From Chrysomallon squamiferum (Eukaryota > Animalia > Mollusca), in contig CM022674.1 in assembly GCA_012295275.1 (NCBI GenBank), positions 7,750,001 to 7,814,000 on the forward strand: DNA of 64,000 bases, written 5' to 3'. The translations under genes and the position numbers were made by a program. The notes beneath the pieces are model-generated. The model worked only from the letters and a program-made list of their open reading frames with translations, was not told the DNA's origin and made no database searches. Below are positions 40,601 through 53,500 of the stretch, piece by piece (position 1 is the stretch's first letter; each line of letters starts with the position of its first letter).

Positions 40601-43600
40601 TATTAATTTGATAAAAGTTTTATGTTGAAGTATATTATGCATTATTTAAAATTTGTGATGTCATCATGTCGAGATGGATCTGCTTGTGTTAAAGTTTCTA
40701 CTAACATCATAAAACTACAGTATCAACTTAAGTTAGTCAGTGTTTATTATAAATGTCTTGTAATATTATTAGTTACTTTTACTATCGCAAAATTTTTGAA
40801 TGATGATAATAAAATAATTACTTGGATGTATGAAGAATTTTAATAGACCATGTATTTGTAGCACCTATGATAACATTAAAACAGTAACATCATTAAAACA
40901 ATAATAAATTTATATGTTGTTGTCTGATGTTGTGTTGTTCATTTCAGGACACTTTTATCCAGGATGTGAATGAGATAACAGAAAAAGATGATACATCTAT
41001 TGATATTCTTTACATGCTGGCTGATCAAGGAGCAAATCTCACAATAAAAAACAAAGATGGCAATACAACCATAGACCTGATACAAAACAAAGAATTAGCC
41101 AGGGTATTGATGAGGTAAATGCTAGGATTTCTTTATAAGCAGAATTATGAATTTCTCTTTTCAAAGTTTTTTTTTTTTAACACAGTAAATAAATACAGTT
41201 GCAATATCCTGTACTAAACACTTTAGCTAGCCACATGAAATGCAGTCACTTCCTCCTTTAGACTGCTCTCTGCTGAATATTAAACAATTATCTTAGTTAT
41301 ATTGATGACTGCAGTTGAGTTATTTAAATTTATGAGTTAAAACTCATGTTCAGATACAGAATTGTTAAAAATTTATAACTAAGTAATATTTCTAAAATGA
41401 CTCCTACTTTCAGAACTGCTCAAAATGTTAGAACTAAATCAAAAACAGCCACTGATTCACCCTCGTACTGGCAGTCCATGCAACAAAGTGTCAAAGTCCA
41501 GAAAATTTCTGTGAGTTATAAAGACCCCTTGACATCTGAAGAATATCAGAAAGTTTCCAATGATTTCAAGAGGACGCTCCCTTACAAATCTGTCATAGCA
41601 ATACACAGAATTCAGAATCTTGACAGATGGGAACCTTTTGCTTTGTATGTATTCAGTATTCTGAACCTAATTTTCTTACATTTTATATAAGTGTTTGAAT
41701 ATGACATATTTTAAGATTTGAGAAAAAAAAAATGTAATTAATGATTTAGCTTTTGATAAAAAAAAATCTATGACTTAAGATTAGTGATATTTTCCTAAAA
41801 CTGACAGCAGATTTTATTGTAAATATTTCTTTGTCTGATTTGACTCATCAAATGCAGTTGCAGGAAATGTACTTGCTATTTAGCATAGCACATCATCATA
41901 CTAAAGTAAATTCATTTTACATGCCGTCATTTGCCTTCATGAGCAGACATGTCCAAAGTCTTAATATTATCATTTACTTATATTAGACTGCATCCACCTT
42001 ATCACATTATCACATCACATCATTCATAGTAGTCTGTAATTTAAATGGGAAAATAAGAAAACCACATATTCAGAGATATGTGCTCTGATAGCATCATTGA
42101 ATCAAAGACTGCACTTTAACAAAAATATCAAAAATTATATAATAATTCATCTGTCACAAGATTAAAGAGAGAAATTATCTTTAATTATAGTATATTAAAA
42201 ATTTCTTTAGCAGTATTATATGAAGAATTTACCAAATTTTGAAATTCCATACAATACTTCCAGGGTTTCCATGTTGCATATGAACCATGTTATATTGATG
42301 TCCAAAGAAATATATATTTGCAACTGATAACAAGGGCCATACTTAGAACATCTTTTTCTGACTTCACAAAGCCATTTTAAATTCCAGGAAAAAACAAATC
42401 ATGGAACGAAATTATGGCCTAGATGGTGCAAATGAGCAACAACTGTTCCATGGTACCAAAGCAGACATTGTTGATCGCATTGTAAATCAAGGTATTGACT
42501 TTAGAGTGGTAAAGCGAGCATTGTATGGTGATGGTGCCTACTTTGCTTCAGAATCCAAAACATCTGATGGCTACACAGAACCAAATGAAGAAGGAAACAG
42601 GTAACACAAATTTTTAAAGTTTCATTAGAATGAACATGACCAAAATTTAATTGAAAATAAATACAACTCAGTGTATCTATGTGTGTGTAAATGTTTTAAT
42701 AATCATATTACATATATAAAAATAGTTTTCAAATGTTAATTTTAACATTAACCTGTTTAGAATGTTCATTTATCTGCAAATAATTAATAATTGCATAGTA
42801 TTTGAACCTAAATCTTTCATAAAATTGAATTGATAAAAGAAGCTAGGTCAAAAAAAAAAAAAAAAAAAAAAAATAAACATATCAATTTTTTTTTTTTTTA
42901 TTTTTCAGTGTAGTCCCTATTGCATCAAAATGCCTATTTTTGACATTATAAACATATCAATTTTATATAAATAATAAAAAACAGAAAAAATAATGAATTG
43001 AAAAATGGTTGCTGTTGGGTTTAATTTTTTTTTTATTTTTTATTTTTATATTTTGTGTTTGTGTGAGTTAATGTAATTAAAATAAGTCATTTGAGAAGCA
43101 AAATCTAAATGCCTATCTTTGAATATTTCATATTTATATAAATAAAAAAAAAAAGAAGAAAAGAAAATAGTAGTCACAAAACAGGCTGAAAAGCTCATAG
43201 GCTAACATTATGCCCTTGTGGAATATGACCACATACAGTTTATTTTTCAGTGTATACACTTCTTCCAGTGATGCTGCAGTATTTGGGTCCCCTTGGCATA
43301 GAAGTACTCAGCAGATATACTTCATAATGGTGGTTGTTGTTGGTTTTTTTTCAAAATTTAAAACATGATAATAAGATGGTGATAAATCAGGAGAGTATGG
43401 AAGGTTGTCAATCAGTTCAAGGTCGCATTGCAACCACAGATTTGTATGCTGAGGCATTGTAATGATAAAACAAGACCCCTTCATGAGTTTTCCTTGGATT
43501 TGATCTTGATAGAGTTGTGCAACTATGTTAGCATGAATATCATCTGCAAGTACTTGTTAATACATCAAATTTTGTCCATTTTCTCTAAAATTTGCTATTA

Positions 43601-44494
43601 AATACTAAACTCCAGATCCTATCATATAATTGAGTTTACATGGAAATAAAAAGAATGGAATATGTCAGTTATTACAACAGTTGAAATAACAATCAAAGAT
43701 TTGTTGTTTGTTACTTCTTCACATTTTTACTTTTTAACCTACACAGGTTCCTCAATATCAGAATATGATATTTGCAGCCCCCCCAAAAAAAAAACACAAC
43801 ATTTTTGCCCAAATAATTCATTTACCATTTCATTCCAAGAGAAGGTGCCACGTTTCTAATATTGAAATTAATCAGTATTTGCTAGAAAGCAGGGGAATGA
43901 CCCCCAGTTCTCACTGGTCAAAAGTCCTGCATAAAAACCTTGCAAACAAAGCAAAAACAATTCTTTGAGAACTAGACATCTTTATTTCACCCACCAACTT
44001 TACACAAAGCTGTGTTTTATTAATAGCTAATTTTTATTCAATGGGCTACATTCAGATTTTAATATTTTAATTACATATGTTTAATAATTTGTCTTTTCTA
44101 TTTCAATAAGGCAGTCAAAATCATGTTAAAACATGTACTATTACTATAAATATTTATTAATGACTATTAATATATATTATTTCAATATAGAATTACATGT
44201 TTGAGCAATGTATATGTGTTCTTTTATTTTGTGGGTGAAGAGACATTAGTTTAATTAAGTTAAAGAAAATTTTAATGAATATAATTATATTTTCATAGGT
44301 TTATGTTCAGGGCAAGAGTACTTGTTGGAAAATTTACAAAAGGTGAACAAGGAATGAAAAAACCACCACCAGTTGATGAGTCAAAGCCAGATGAACTCTA
44401 TGACAGTGTCGTCAATAATGCATACGAACCTAAGATATTTGTAATTTTTGACAATGCCCAGTGCTATGCAGAATACTTAATAGAGTATCATTAA
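27543..44494 (+). CDS. Copy C, full-length MIB/HERC2-ZZ-MIB/HERC2-REP-REP-ankyrin-PARP, ~972 aa. Exons 27543-27747, 28598-28769, 29033-29139, 29863-30057, 30401-30525, 30833-30941, 31404-31508, 31834-32017, 32582-32725, 33511-33659, 34401-34558, 35089-35237, 39383-39512, 40130-40232, 40498-40577, 40948-41114, 41414-41644, 42388-42600, 44299-44494
   Basis: VGARVVRGPDW..DGGEG..GTV (MIB/HERC2); H...CDVC...PIEGMRWKCSTC.DLDLCTQCY...KH...HPF (ZZ); GATVKRGLHWKWSDQDGG (second MIB/HERC2); QKLQEGHGGWNDEM (REP); ankyrin repeats; PARP. Exon lengths sum to 2919 nt (972 codons plus stop) once three +1 homopolymer insertions (~30849, ~32630, ~34457) are removed. Confidence 0.88.
28598..28769 (+). CDS. ZZ-type zinc finger exon of copy C (paralogous exon 17794-17965 in copy B)
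   Basis: CDVC-x11-CSTC-x5-CTQC-x5-H-x3-H, matching the Mind bomb ZZ pattern. Confidence 0.9.
35950..39010 (+). mobile_element. Same LINE insertion in copy C: endonuclease-RT-RNase H remnants
   Basis: DLVDQLLSPFILMGDF and HTYFHS.NGT (APE endonuclease); VIPAPK..KNPSSPANYYPVSLTNCICKTM and LVSVCFDLEKAYD (RT); VPSHVNIKGN (RNase H); frameshifted. Confidence 0.82.
43176..43550 (-). mobile_element. Mariner transposase 3' remnant in the last intron of copy C
   Basis: Minus strand reads LFYHYNASAYKS, ELIDNLPYSPDLSPSYYH (YSPDLAP motif) and FYAKGTQILQHHWKKCI; mariner-like terminal sequence GAGCTTTTCAGCCTG. Confidence 0.78.
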
Positions 44495-47400
44495 ACTGTT
44501 AATCAAAATGACAGCTAGACACAATGTATCTGCTTGAACTCTTGTTTATAATATACTTATGATGAAAATAGTCTAAATATAACATGTTGTTAACTTAAAT
44601 TTTATTAGTAAAATATATTTTCTAAAACCAAAAGTGATACAAAATCAACATCAGTATGATATTTAAAACTAACAGGGATGAAAATTAATTTTATTAAGAC
44701 AATATACAACTGGTGTAGTAGTAATCATTTATATTTTAAATCTGTAGTTTTAAAAAGGAGCAAGAGAAACTTTCAACCAATTATTAAAGTTTTTCACTTA
44801 AAGTAATATTTTAAAAATTATATTTTCTAAAACTAATTACACTGAAGTTCAGAATTATTTGTATTACCAAATTTCTGAAATGCACTTTGTAGAAAGACAG
44901 AAAATTTTATTTTTTAGTTAGAACAGCACAACAATCAAACGTTTTGTAATTTTCAGTTTTTCTTTGAGCATTTAATATCAAAACTGAAAATATTTATACA
45001 TACAGATATTTTATATTGAAAAACTGTATATATAATTTGAAAGTATTAGTAGATAATATCAGACTGCATGATTCAAATGTATCATAAGATAACAGCTGAT
45101 GCCACAGCTGTAACTACAATTCAAATGTATCATAAAATAATAACTGATGCCACAGCTGTAACTATGTGATTCAAATGTATCATAAAATAATAATTGCTAC
45201 CACTGCTGTAATTATGTGATTCAAATGTCTCATAAAATAATAACTGATGCCATGCTGTAACTAAGTGATTCAAATGTCTCATAAAATAATAACTGATGCC
45301 ACAGCTGTAATTATGTGATTCAAATGTCTCATAAAATAACTGATGCCATTGGTGAAACTACTTGATTCAAATATGTCATGAGATATAAAAGCTGATACCA
45401 AAGCTGAAAATATGTGATTGACAAATGAAAAATGACAGATATCTTCTTGTCCAGTTTTAACATTTGTTATCATAAACTTTTATTCAGTCGATTAACACAA
45501 ACATATTTGAAGGTGATAGATAAACAGTGATATTTACCATCTAGAAAACAGATGATGTTCCACACCAACATGAAATATTTCTACATTTGTTTATAGGAAT
45601 GACTTCATAATGAGCTGTTGCTTTTAATAGTGGTTTTTCTGTGTGATCTTATTTAAAGCATTTACTTTAACAGCTTCAGTGTAAGTGGATCTTTATTTAT
45701 TTTTTAATAAAAGTGTTTTAATAGGATTTGAGTGTAGTTTTACTCTAAGCTAATAGAATTGAATCTTATTCAGTATAAAATGTTGCTTATTTACTTTGTT
45801 TTCTTTTCATAAGAATTTTATCTGTATTTTATATTTTTTACTTTTTTTAATAGGAATATTATATAATCTTAATAAGTTGTATTGATATTATTATTTACAG
45901 TTGAACAATATTGGTGATCATATGTAGAATTAAGTCTGACTTTTAGTAATTGTGAATTATAATAAACAATTAATGAAATAAAATCAAAGTTGTGGCATTC
46001 ATTGCAGTGGTTTTGTTATTTTATTATATTTTATTTATTTAACTTTTTATTTTTTTTTTTTGGACCTGCTGAGAAATTAAATCTGCCAACAAATCATAGG
46101 TTAATGGTATTTAATTAAGCTTGGTGTGACCACAGGCAAGTAATGTGAATAGAATTTTGTTTTTAAATGTCCAGTAATCCTTTGATTAATGTGACTGATT
46201 AATCTGATGTAACTGCAAGTTATGATGTATCAAAATCACATCAATCACAGTTTAGAAATAATTATAATGAATCCTGTAAAATAAAAACACAGTTTAGAAT
46301 ATTATATTGTTGTTTTAACTTTGAAGAATTTATTTTATGAAGAAAAACTAAAGGCAATTGAAAGCTACAGCATTCGCAGAGTTTTATGTCATCGTTTTGT
46401 TAAGAAAACAAACAGAAGGCACACAAATAAATAAAATGAGTTCCACACTGTATATGGTGTTGTGTTGGTTCCTATTTAAGGCTACAGTTTTGAGTGTAGT
46501 TAATAATGTCAGGATCTTAAAGATATTTACTGACAGTAAAACTAAACAGATTGTAGAAAAAAGCACATTTTGTATTTTTATCTCTGGTAAGGAAGGCAAG
46601 AGGTTCAAGGGCCGTGTACTTACAAGTATTTATAAGTGAATCTTAGGATGTATTTCACATACTGATCACAGCTTATGAATAGAATGTATTTTAAGAACTT
46701 TCCACATAAACACACAATTACAGTTTTACCACTTGGTAATTAAAGTGTTATTTTACTTATTTTTCTTTTTTTCATGCACCTATTCTGTTGTTTTTAAATG
46801 TTAGTTTACATTAAATTTAAATGCTATCTGTTTCTATATAGATGACTTCTACATCAAAAGAAGTAACATATGATAACAGTACGATAGAAAAGGAAAAAGA
46901 TATATTGCAAATCATCGCCTGCAAGATGAAAAACTCCAGGATATTCAGGTAATTAAATACCTGTTATAAATATAATATAGCTCAGTGAGTAAATTGGGAG
47001 ATTAATATTAAATGAAGAAGAAACAATATTATAATAAAGAAAATTGTCACAACTTAACTATTATTACTATATTTTAAACTGTATCTTAACTGATCAACTA
47101 TACCAGTAACAATAATAGAGAATATTTCCATAGTTTAAGTCAGTATCAATCCTCTTTAATATTGTCGTGCTAATTTTGTTTTTATTTCTCTCTTTTATTT
47201 TGTTATTAGTTTTGTTTATCGTAGTTTCTACACTTGTACACATGTAGTTTGTTGTGCACTTTGTTTTCTGTGTTAATTGGTTATATCTTTTATTCTAACC
47301 TGCGCCAGACAGATTTTTTGTTTTTGCATCCTGCCTGTATTTGTAATAAAAGACGTACATGGAAGATTTATTTTGATCTGCAGGTAATTCATGCAATAGG

Positions 47401-47571
47401 CTAAAAGAAAATTAATTAAGGCTAAAAACCCAATATACTTCATTTTGTCATAAGACAAAGATGTCATGATGTGGCTGAAGTAGTTGTGAAAATTATTTTG
47501 CTTTCTATAATTACCTTTATATATATATATATATGATGTCTTCATAGAGTACTGATTGGTTTGTCAGTCTA

Positions 47572-50500
47572 TTATTTAATTTCATGCTCTGAAATTGCCA
47601 GAGCCAAGCTTAAATGAGGCAGTGGTTTTATGAAAGTATCTTTCCCCAAAAGCCAGTAGGTTGTCATAGCTCCCTTACCCTGAAAAAGAAGTAAAATTCA
47701 ATCTAGTTTAAAACAAACCTTTTCTGTTAAAACTGCAACAAATTATAGTACTTTTTATCGCTTTATTAAAAAAAAGACTGCTTTGTAAATGAGGTTTTTA
47801 ATTAATGTATTTTTCTCAATTCATTGCTAAACACATTTTACATTAATGGTAGTTTACAGCCCCCAAAAATTGCTGTCAATAGACTTTGTTATTTACATTA
47901 ACACAGGTAGTTTATTTTCATACACCAATCATGACATGCAGCTTGACATGAATTGGAAAATACTGGCTCTATGAAGGACTGACTCAGAGACTACATACTT
48001 CAGATAAAGATGGCTTCTAATTTAATTATGTCAGAAATTTACCATCACACTATAGCAGTAAGATTACCTTTACAGATATCTCTCCACGGCATTCATATTC
48101 ATAACCTCCAAGTTGATCCAAAATGTCTTTAGTATTTTTACTCATCTGTATTCGTAAAGCTAAAATATATATAAACAGAATAAACACTTTTAATTTGTAA
48201 ATTCAAACAAAGCAATACTGTATAAGTTTTTATTTATTAATTATATTTGGTTTAATACTAAACAATTTCATTATTTTGCACATCTATATATAAATATATT
48301 TATATATTCACTATACTTTTTTTTCCAGTTCCAAAGACTAGGTAAAGATTGTTTATTTGTATTTGGTAATGCATTATTTTGGCATTTGACATCAGGCAAT
48401 CAAGAATAGAATGACAATCTCTTCCTGAATTTCACTCAGGATAATAATAATTAATTAAAATGCTGTATTCTCAGTAACTGTTAGATAATACTAAAAACAA
48501 ACCCAGTGAACTACTCTCCATTCGAGATGCTGTGTTGACAGTGTCTCCAAACAAACAATATCTAGGCATTTTAAGTCCAATAACACCAGCCACAATAGGA
48601 CCTGAAACAGTCAAAATGTTTTAGCTGTTTACCAACTTAAAAAGAGGGAAAAAAATCTATTCATCAATCTATCTATCTATATAATTTATGAAAAGCATAA
48701 AGCATTTCAACTAATTTTAAAATTTGCCCAATGGACAATAGTACTCAGAATTGAATTTGAATAAATACTGATCAGTTTTTAAGGCTTAGTGTGTTTCAAA
48801 AATATTAAAAGTATTCTAAACAACCATATTAATTTATAATTTAATAATACTTGACTGTTTACAAATATACTGATATTGTTTGACTGTTTTATATACCAGA
48901 ATGTATTCCAACTCGGAGTTGAAGCATTCTGTCTGGCATGTGTTTAATTTTAAAACCACTGACTGATGACAGCAGGTCCAGAGACATGGTAGCTATTTCT
49001 CCAGCATGTTTTGTCTCACTCCGTATTGGCAAACCACTGACAACCATGTCTAGCAAAAAAACAAAATAAAATAAAAACAGTTTCCAAGACAGATATTCAT
49101 GCTCTTGACAAGCAGCTGCTGAAACGTAACTTCTGTAATGATACTGTGTTAAACTGAAAATAAATCTATTAATTCTAGAGTGATTTAAATTGAAAATAAT
49201 TACAATTGTTTGATATCAAACAGATGAATTTTATATCAATATTTGTAAATTTGACATTTATACATATATATATAATACATATATATATATATATATATAT
49301 ATACATACATATATAATTTTTTGCACTGTAATATGTGGGATTCTTTTTAGTTAGCAATATATTTTTATGTTTAATAAAAAGAAACCACCAAATTACCAGG
49401 TAAAATGTTTGCCAGAGCCAAACTTAAATCAGATTTTATGAATGTATCATAACAAAGGTATTGTTTTGATGTTGGTTATCTAGAGCATGGCCACTTTTCT
49501 TCAAAAGTGAAATAATTTATGGATGGGTGACAACATTTTATATATAAACCCAATTACATTACACAAACTATCATAATAACTTACAAAAAAAATAATTTTT
49601 CTAATAACTTAAAGTCAGAAAAATACAATATATAATTTAGCATTCAATGTCAAATACTGAAACAGACTATATCTGACTATATGATAACTAAAAAAGAAAA
49701 GAAAAATCTCAACAGTTAGATGTTTGTTATCATTTTATAAACTTGAAAAGAAATAGATATTTAATTCACTTACAACCATAATGTACTGTTTAGGTCTTAT
49801 ACACATCACTATATTCATTTGAGAGATGTTTATGATGGCCATTTTATTAGTTCAGTCAAAAGTGATGTGCCATATAGAATACTGAATAATTCACTCACAT
49901 GCATCACCAACTGTTTCTACTTTATACACATCATAATTGTCAAGAATTTCATCAAATGTAGTGTACAGATCATTGAGTAATTCTACAATTTGTAGAGGAG
50001 TACTCTCTGTGGCAATTTTTGTAAAACCTACAATGTCACTGCAACATAAACAAAAATAACATGTAAAACAAACAAAACAGATGTGTAGAAAATCATTTGT
50101 ATATATTTCTGTTTTAAATCAAAGTTACATTTCATATAAGAATGACGAATTAGATTATTTTGTTTGGAAAAATAAATTTCATAAAATATATGCACAAATA
50201 CCAGTATAAATAAATAAAATCCTTAAATATCACTGAAAAGATATTTCTAGATACTGATATTTTTAAACTTCTTCAGATAGTCTCGGTTAACATTTAGAAA
50301 GAAACATTCTTTTTAAACTGAAGACCTGAAAAAGATGGTAACACAGTCAAAGCTTTCAGGATCAACACTGCGTCCATATTTTAAGTCTTCTACAACTTGT
50401 TTTGGTAACATCTGACGAATAAGCATTTCAGTTTTTTGTTTCTCTGCAATCAGATCCTTTGTTCTCTCAGCAACAATGCCCTCAAGATCTGTGGAATACT

Positions 50501-53500
50501 TCTGAAGCTTTAAGAAACATACCAAGCTAGTGTACAATAAGTAATCAATAGTACTGATTTTTAGTTTAATAATTAATATTAGCTTTTATTACTGCTCTGT
50601 AAGAAAATGAACTGGCTTTAAAAATACATTATGATCAACAACAAATATTGTTATATTTGTGAAACACTGACCCCTGAAAACATGTAACATTCATTATAAT
50701 TTTTAAAAAAATATGGAGACTGTAAATTTTATTCAAAATATAGATTCTAATTAATAGTCTGCTATTGAAATACTTTTAAATGAGCATACCATGTTTACAA
50801 GATTATCAATGACATCTCCTTTCATTGGGTAGATCTGATTTAGATTGCTCAGTAAGGTCTTGAAAGTTGGTCGTTCATGTGGCTGTTCATTCCACGTTTC
50901 TGACAACAGCTAGAGAGACAAAACATTTCAAAGTTTACTTATACTGTAGTCTTAATAACACACATAAAAACACAAAATGCTCCTGAGAATGAAGCAATAA
51001 AATAGCAATTTTTAATATCACACACACACATACACAAAACTGTATTATAAATTTTATTTTATTATTTTATCACTGTCACTATCGTGGATTACTGAATCAT
51101 ATATATCTTGCCTTTTCAATAACAGGAAAGTAACTATTATGGCCTCTGAGAAACTGCTTACAGACAATCAGTTGGAACATGAAAAAGCTGAATGGGAGCA
51201 CCATAGAAGATTAATCAAAAATTAAAAAATACTTTCTGAGTACATGTTTTCATTATTTCCCAATCCAGCCTGAGTTCAATTTTTTATGTTTCAGATATGT
51301 ACTTCTCTGACTACTGAGATAAATGATATGCCTCACATCTAGTTAAAATGAATGTTCATAACAAAATAGTTTTAGGTGTTTTAGATTAGTTTTTCATGTA
51401 TCTTATAACACCTGATGGAACATTTTTCATTACAGTCAGGGCTTGGTGTCTAGTTTATCTATTTAAAGAAAGAGATATATATATAGAAGGTCACTGATGT
51501 GAGGGGAGGTGTACAAAAAAAAAAGAAAAAAAAAGATTAACGATTCTTCTATACTGAGCTGCATAGCCTGAACAGTAGAATAAAATTTTGATTGGATGTA
51601 TCATTAATAAAAATACTCATTTCTTACACATATGCAAGATAAATACTATCAACAATTATTTATGAATTTATTAGCATCAAATTAAAATCTTTAATGAATA
51701 CAATTAGGGATAAATTTGGCTTGACACTACATCTATTACCTTAAGTATTTGTGTCTTTTCTCTTATGTTTTCAGGCAACATATATGAATCAATATGTGGT
51801 CGGAAATAATCTTCAACCTCAATATCCAGTGTACTCAACAGCTGGAGAAGAAACCACAGAAATATATTTTATTTGTTTTAAAATGTCTTAAAACAAAAAA
51901 TGAAAGAAATAATAAATAAATTCATTTATGCAATAATAAATTAAAATTACATTATTTTCCGTTTAAATTTTTTTGTTTGTTTTTCCTACCTTTAATGCAG
52001 GTTTACATTCTGGTGACTCTTTTGACCTAAGCAGATTGAGAATGTCAGCTGAAGAGATCATGGTAAGTTCAGCACTGTATGGTTCTTCACGATTGATGAT
52101 TTCAGTTAAAATGATTGCAAATCTGAAAGAACAATCATTTAAAACTATTACAAAATGAAATAAATCTTTCAGTAAACTTACTTCTAATTCAAGACAGGTC
52201 ACTCTTGTTCAAACCATAATTGGCTATAAGACCAAATTTTGTTGATTCTCCTATTCAGTTATTTTCCTTTCTAGCCAGTATTTTCTGGCAGCTAATTAAA
52301 GGAAATATTGATGAAATAAAAAATATACGTATATGAGCTCACAAAATTGAGTGGTATAATCATTTTTTTAAAGATTGTCAAATTTCAATATTAATTATAC
52401 ATACGAAAAAACATCCCCAGCTTTGGTTCCATTTTTAACATCAGCAGCACATTTTGCTTTTCTTAGCAGCTCAGGAGAAGTCCAAAACATCGAACTATAA
52501 ATGCAGATAACAAAGCTCATCTGAGTATGAATCAAATTCAAATAAATAAACATCAGACTTGTAATTTGTAATCTCATCCTCTCTTCTCTAATCAAAATAG
52601 GAATATTTTAATATTTTTAAAATACACTGCAGATAGGAAGTTTAGTTATCAGCTTTAATGTATTTGTAATCTAGTTCTTCATACACCAACATAGGTGCAT
52701 GAAACACACACACCCACAACAAGATAGGAGAAGGAAAATGGGCAAAGAAACAGAGACAGTGAAAATAGCAGTGTATTTTCAAATATCATGCCTTGGTTTA
52801 TTCTCGGGTTCATCATCTGGTACTGATATTCTTGGAGCCAGATATCTCATCGTCGGACATCCATGGCCTAAAATTATCATTAAGAGGAAAAACAAGTTTA
52901 TATGAACAAACCACTGCAAATCTATGAAAATGTATTGTCACTGTAATATTATTAATAACTTAAACACAGAAAGGTAAATGGCAGCATCCATAATTTAGGT
53001 AATTCTATTTTTTTTTTTAAACTATATCATTAATTTATTTTATTAATTTGTACATTATGAGACACTTTCACAAACCTGATATTTTGCATGTCCATCTGTC
53101 ATCAATGAGACAGTTTCTAGATTTGAGACGTCCATGTGACTGGAGTGGAGACTGGTGAATGTAACTCATTCCACGACAGATATCTTTGAGAATAGAAAAT
53201 CGAAAACTCCAGTCTAATGGTACTGAATCATTGGACAGAACATCTTCTAAGCTTCCCTGTTTGTAATAAGAACAAATAAGAGAAAGAAACTAGTGGAGTT
53301 TTTTCTTACCGTTTTATAACATTAACATACATGTAAGCATCAGAAAACAGTTATAGTTTTTACATGACTTAAGAGTATACATAAACCTATTTATGCCCAC
53401 AATTATTTAAAATATTATTAAACGATTTACAAGCTATATGTATAAGTTGTATATTTAATGCTATATTTAATACTACTGATAACATCTCAGATTTGCATGG

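Noticed and set aside
27543-41114. Canonical mib1/mib2 followed by a separate PARP gene
   Set aside because: No RING exons were found, and the ~300-450 bp phase-matched intron to the PARP exons in both A and C leaves no room for a 3' UTR plus promoter. No gene symbol assigned.
43560-43990. Possible additional transposon fragment specific to the last intron of copy C
   Set aside because: No motif could be recognised, so it was left unassigned.
46358-46639. Small ORFs between copy C and the GC gene
   Set aside because: No recognisable motif or splice context; likely chance ORFs.
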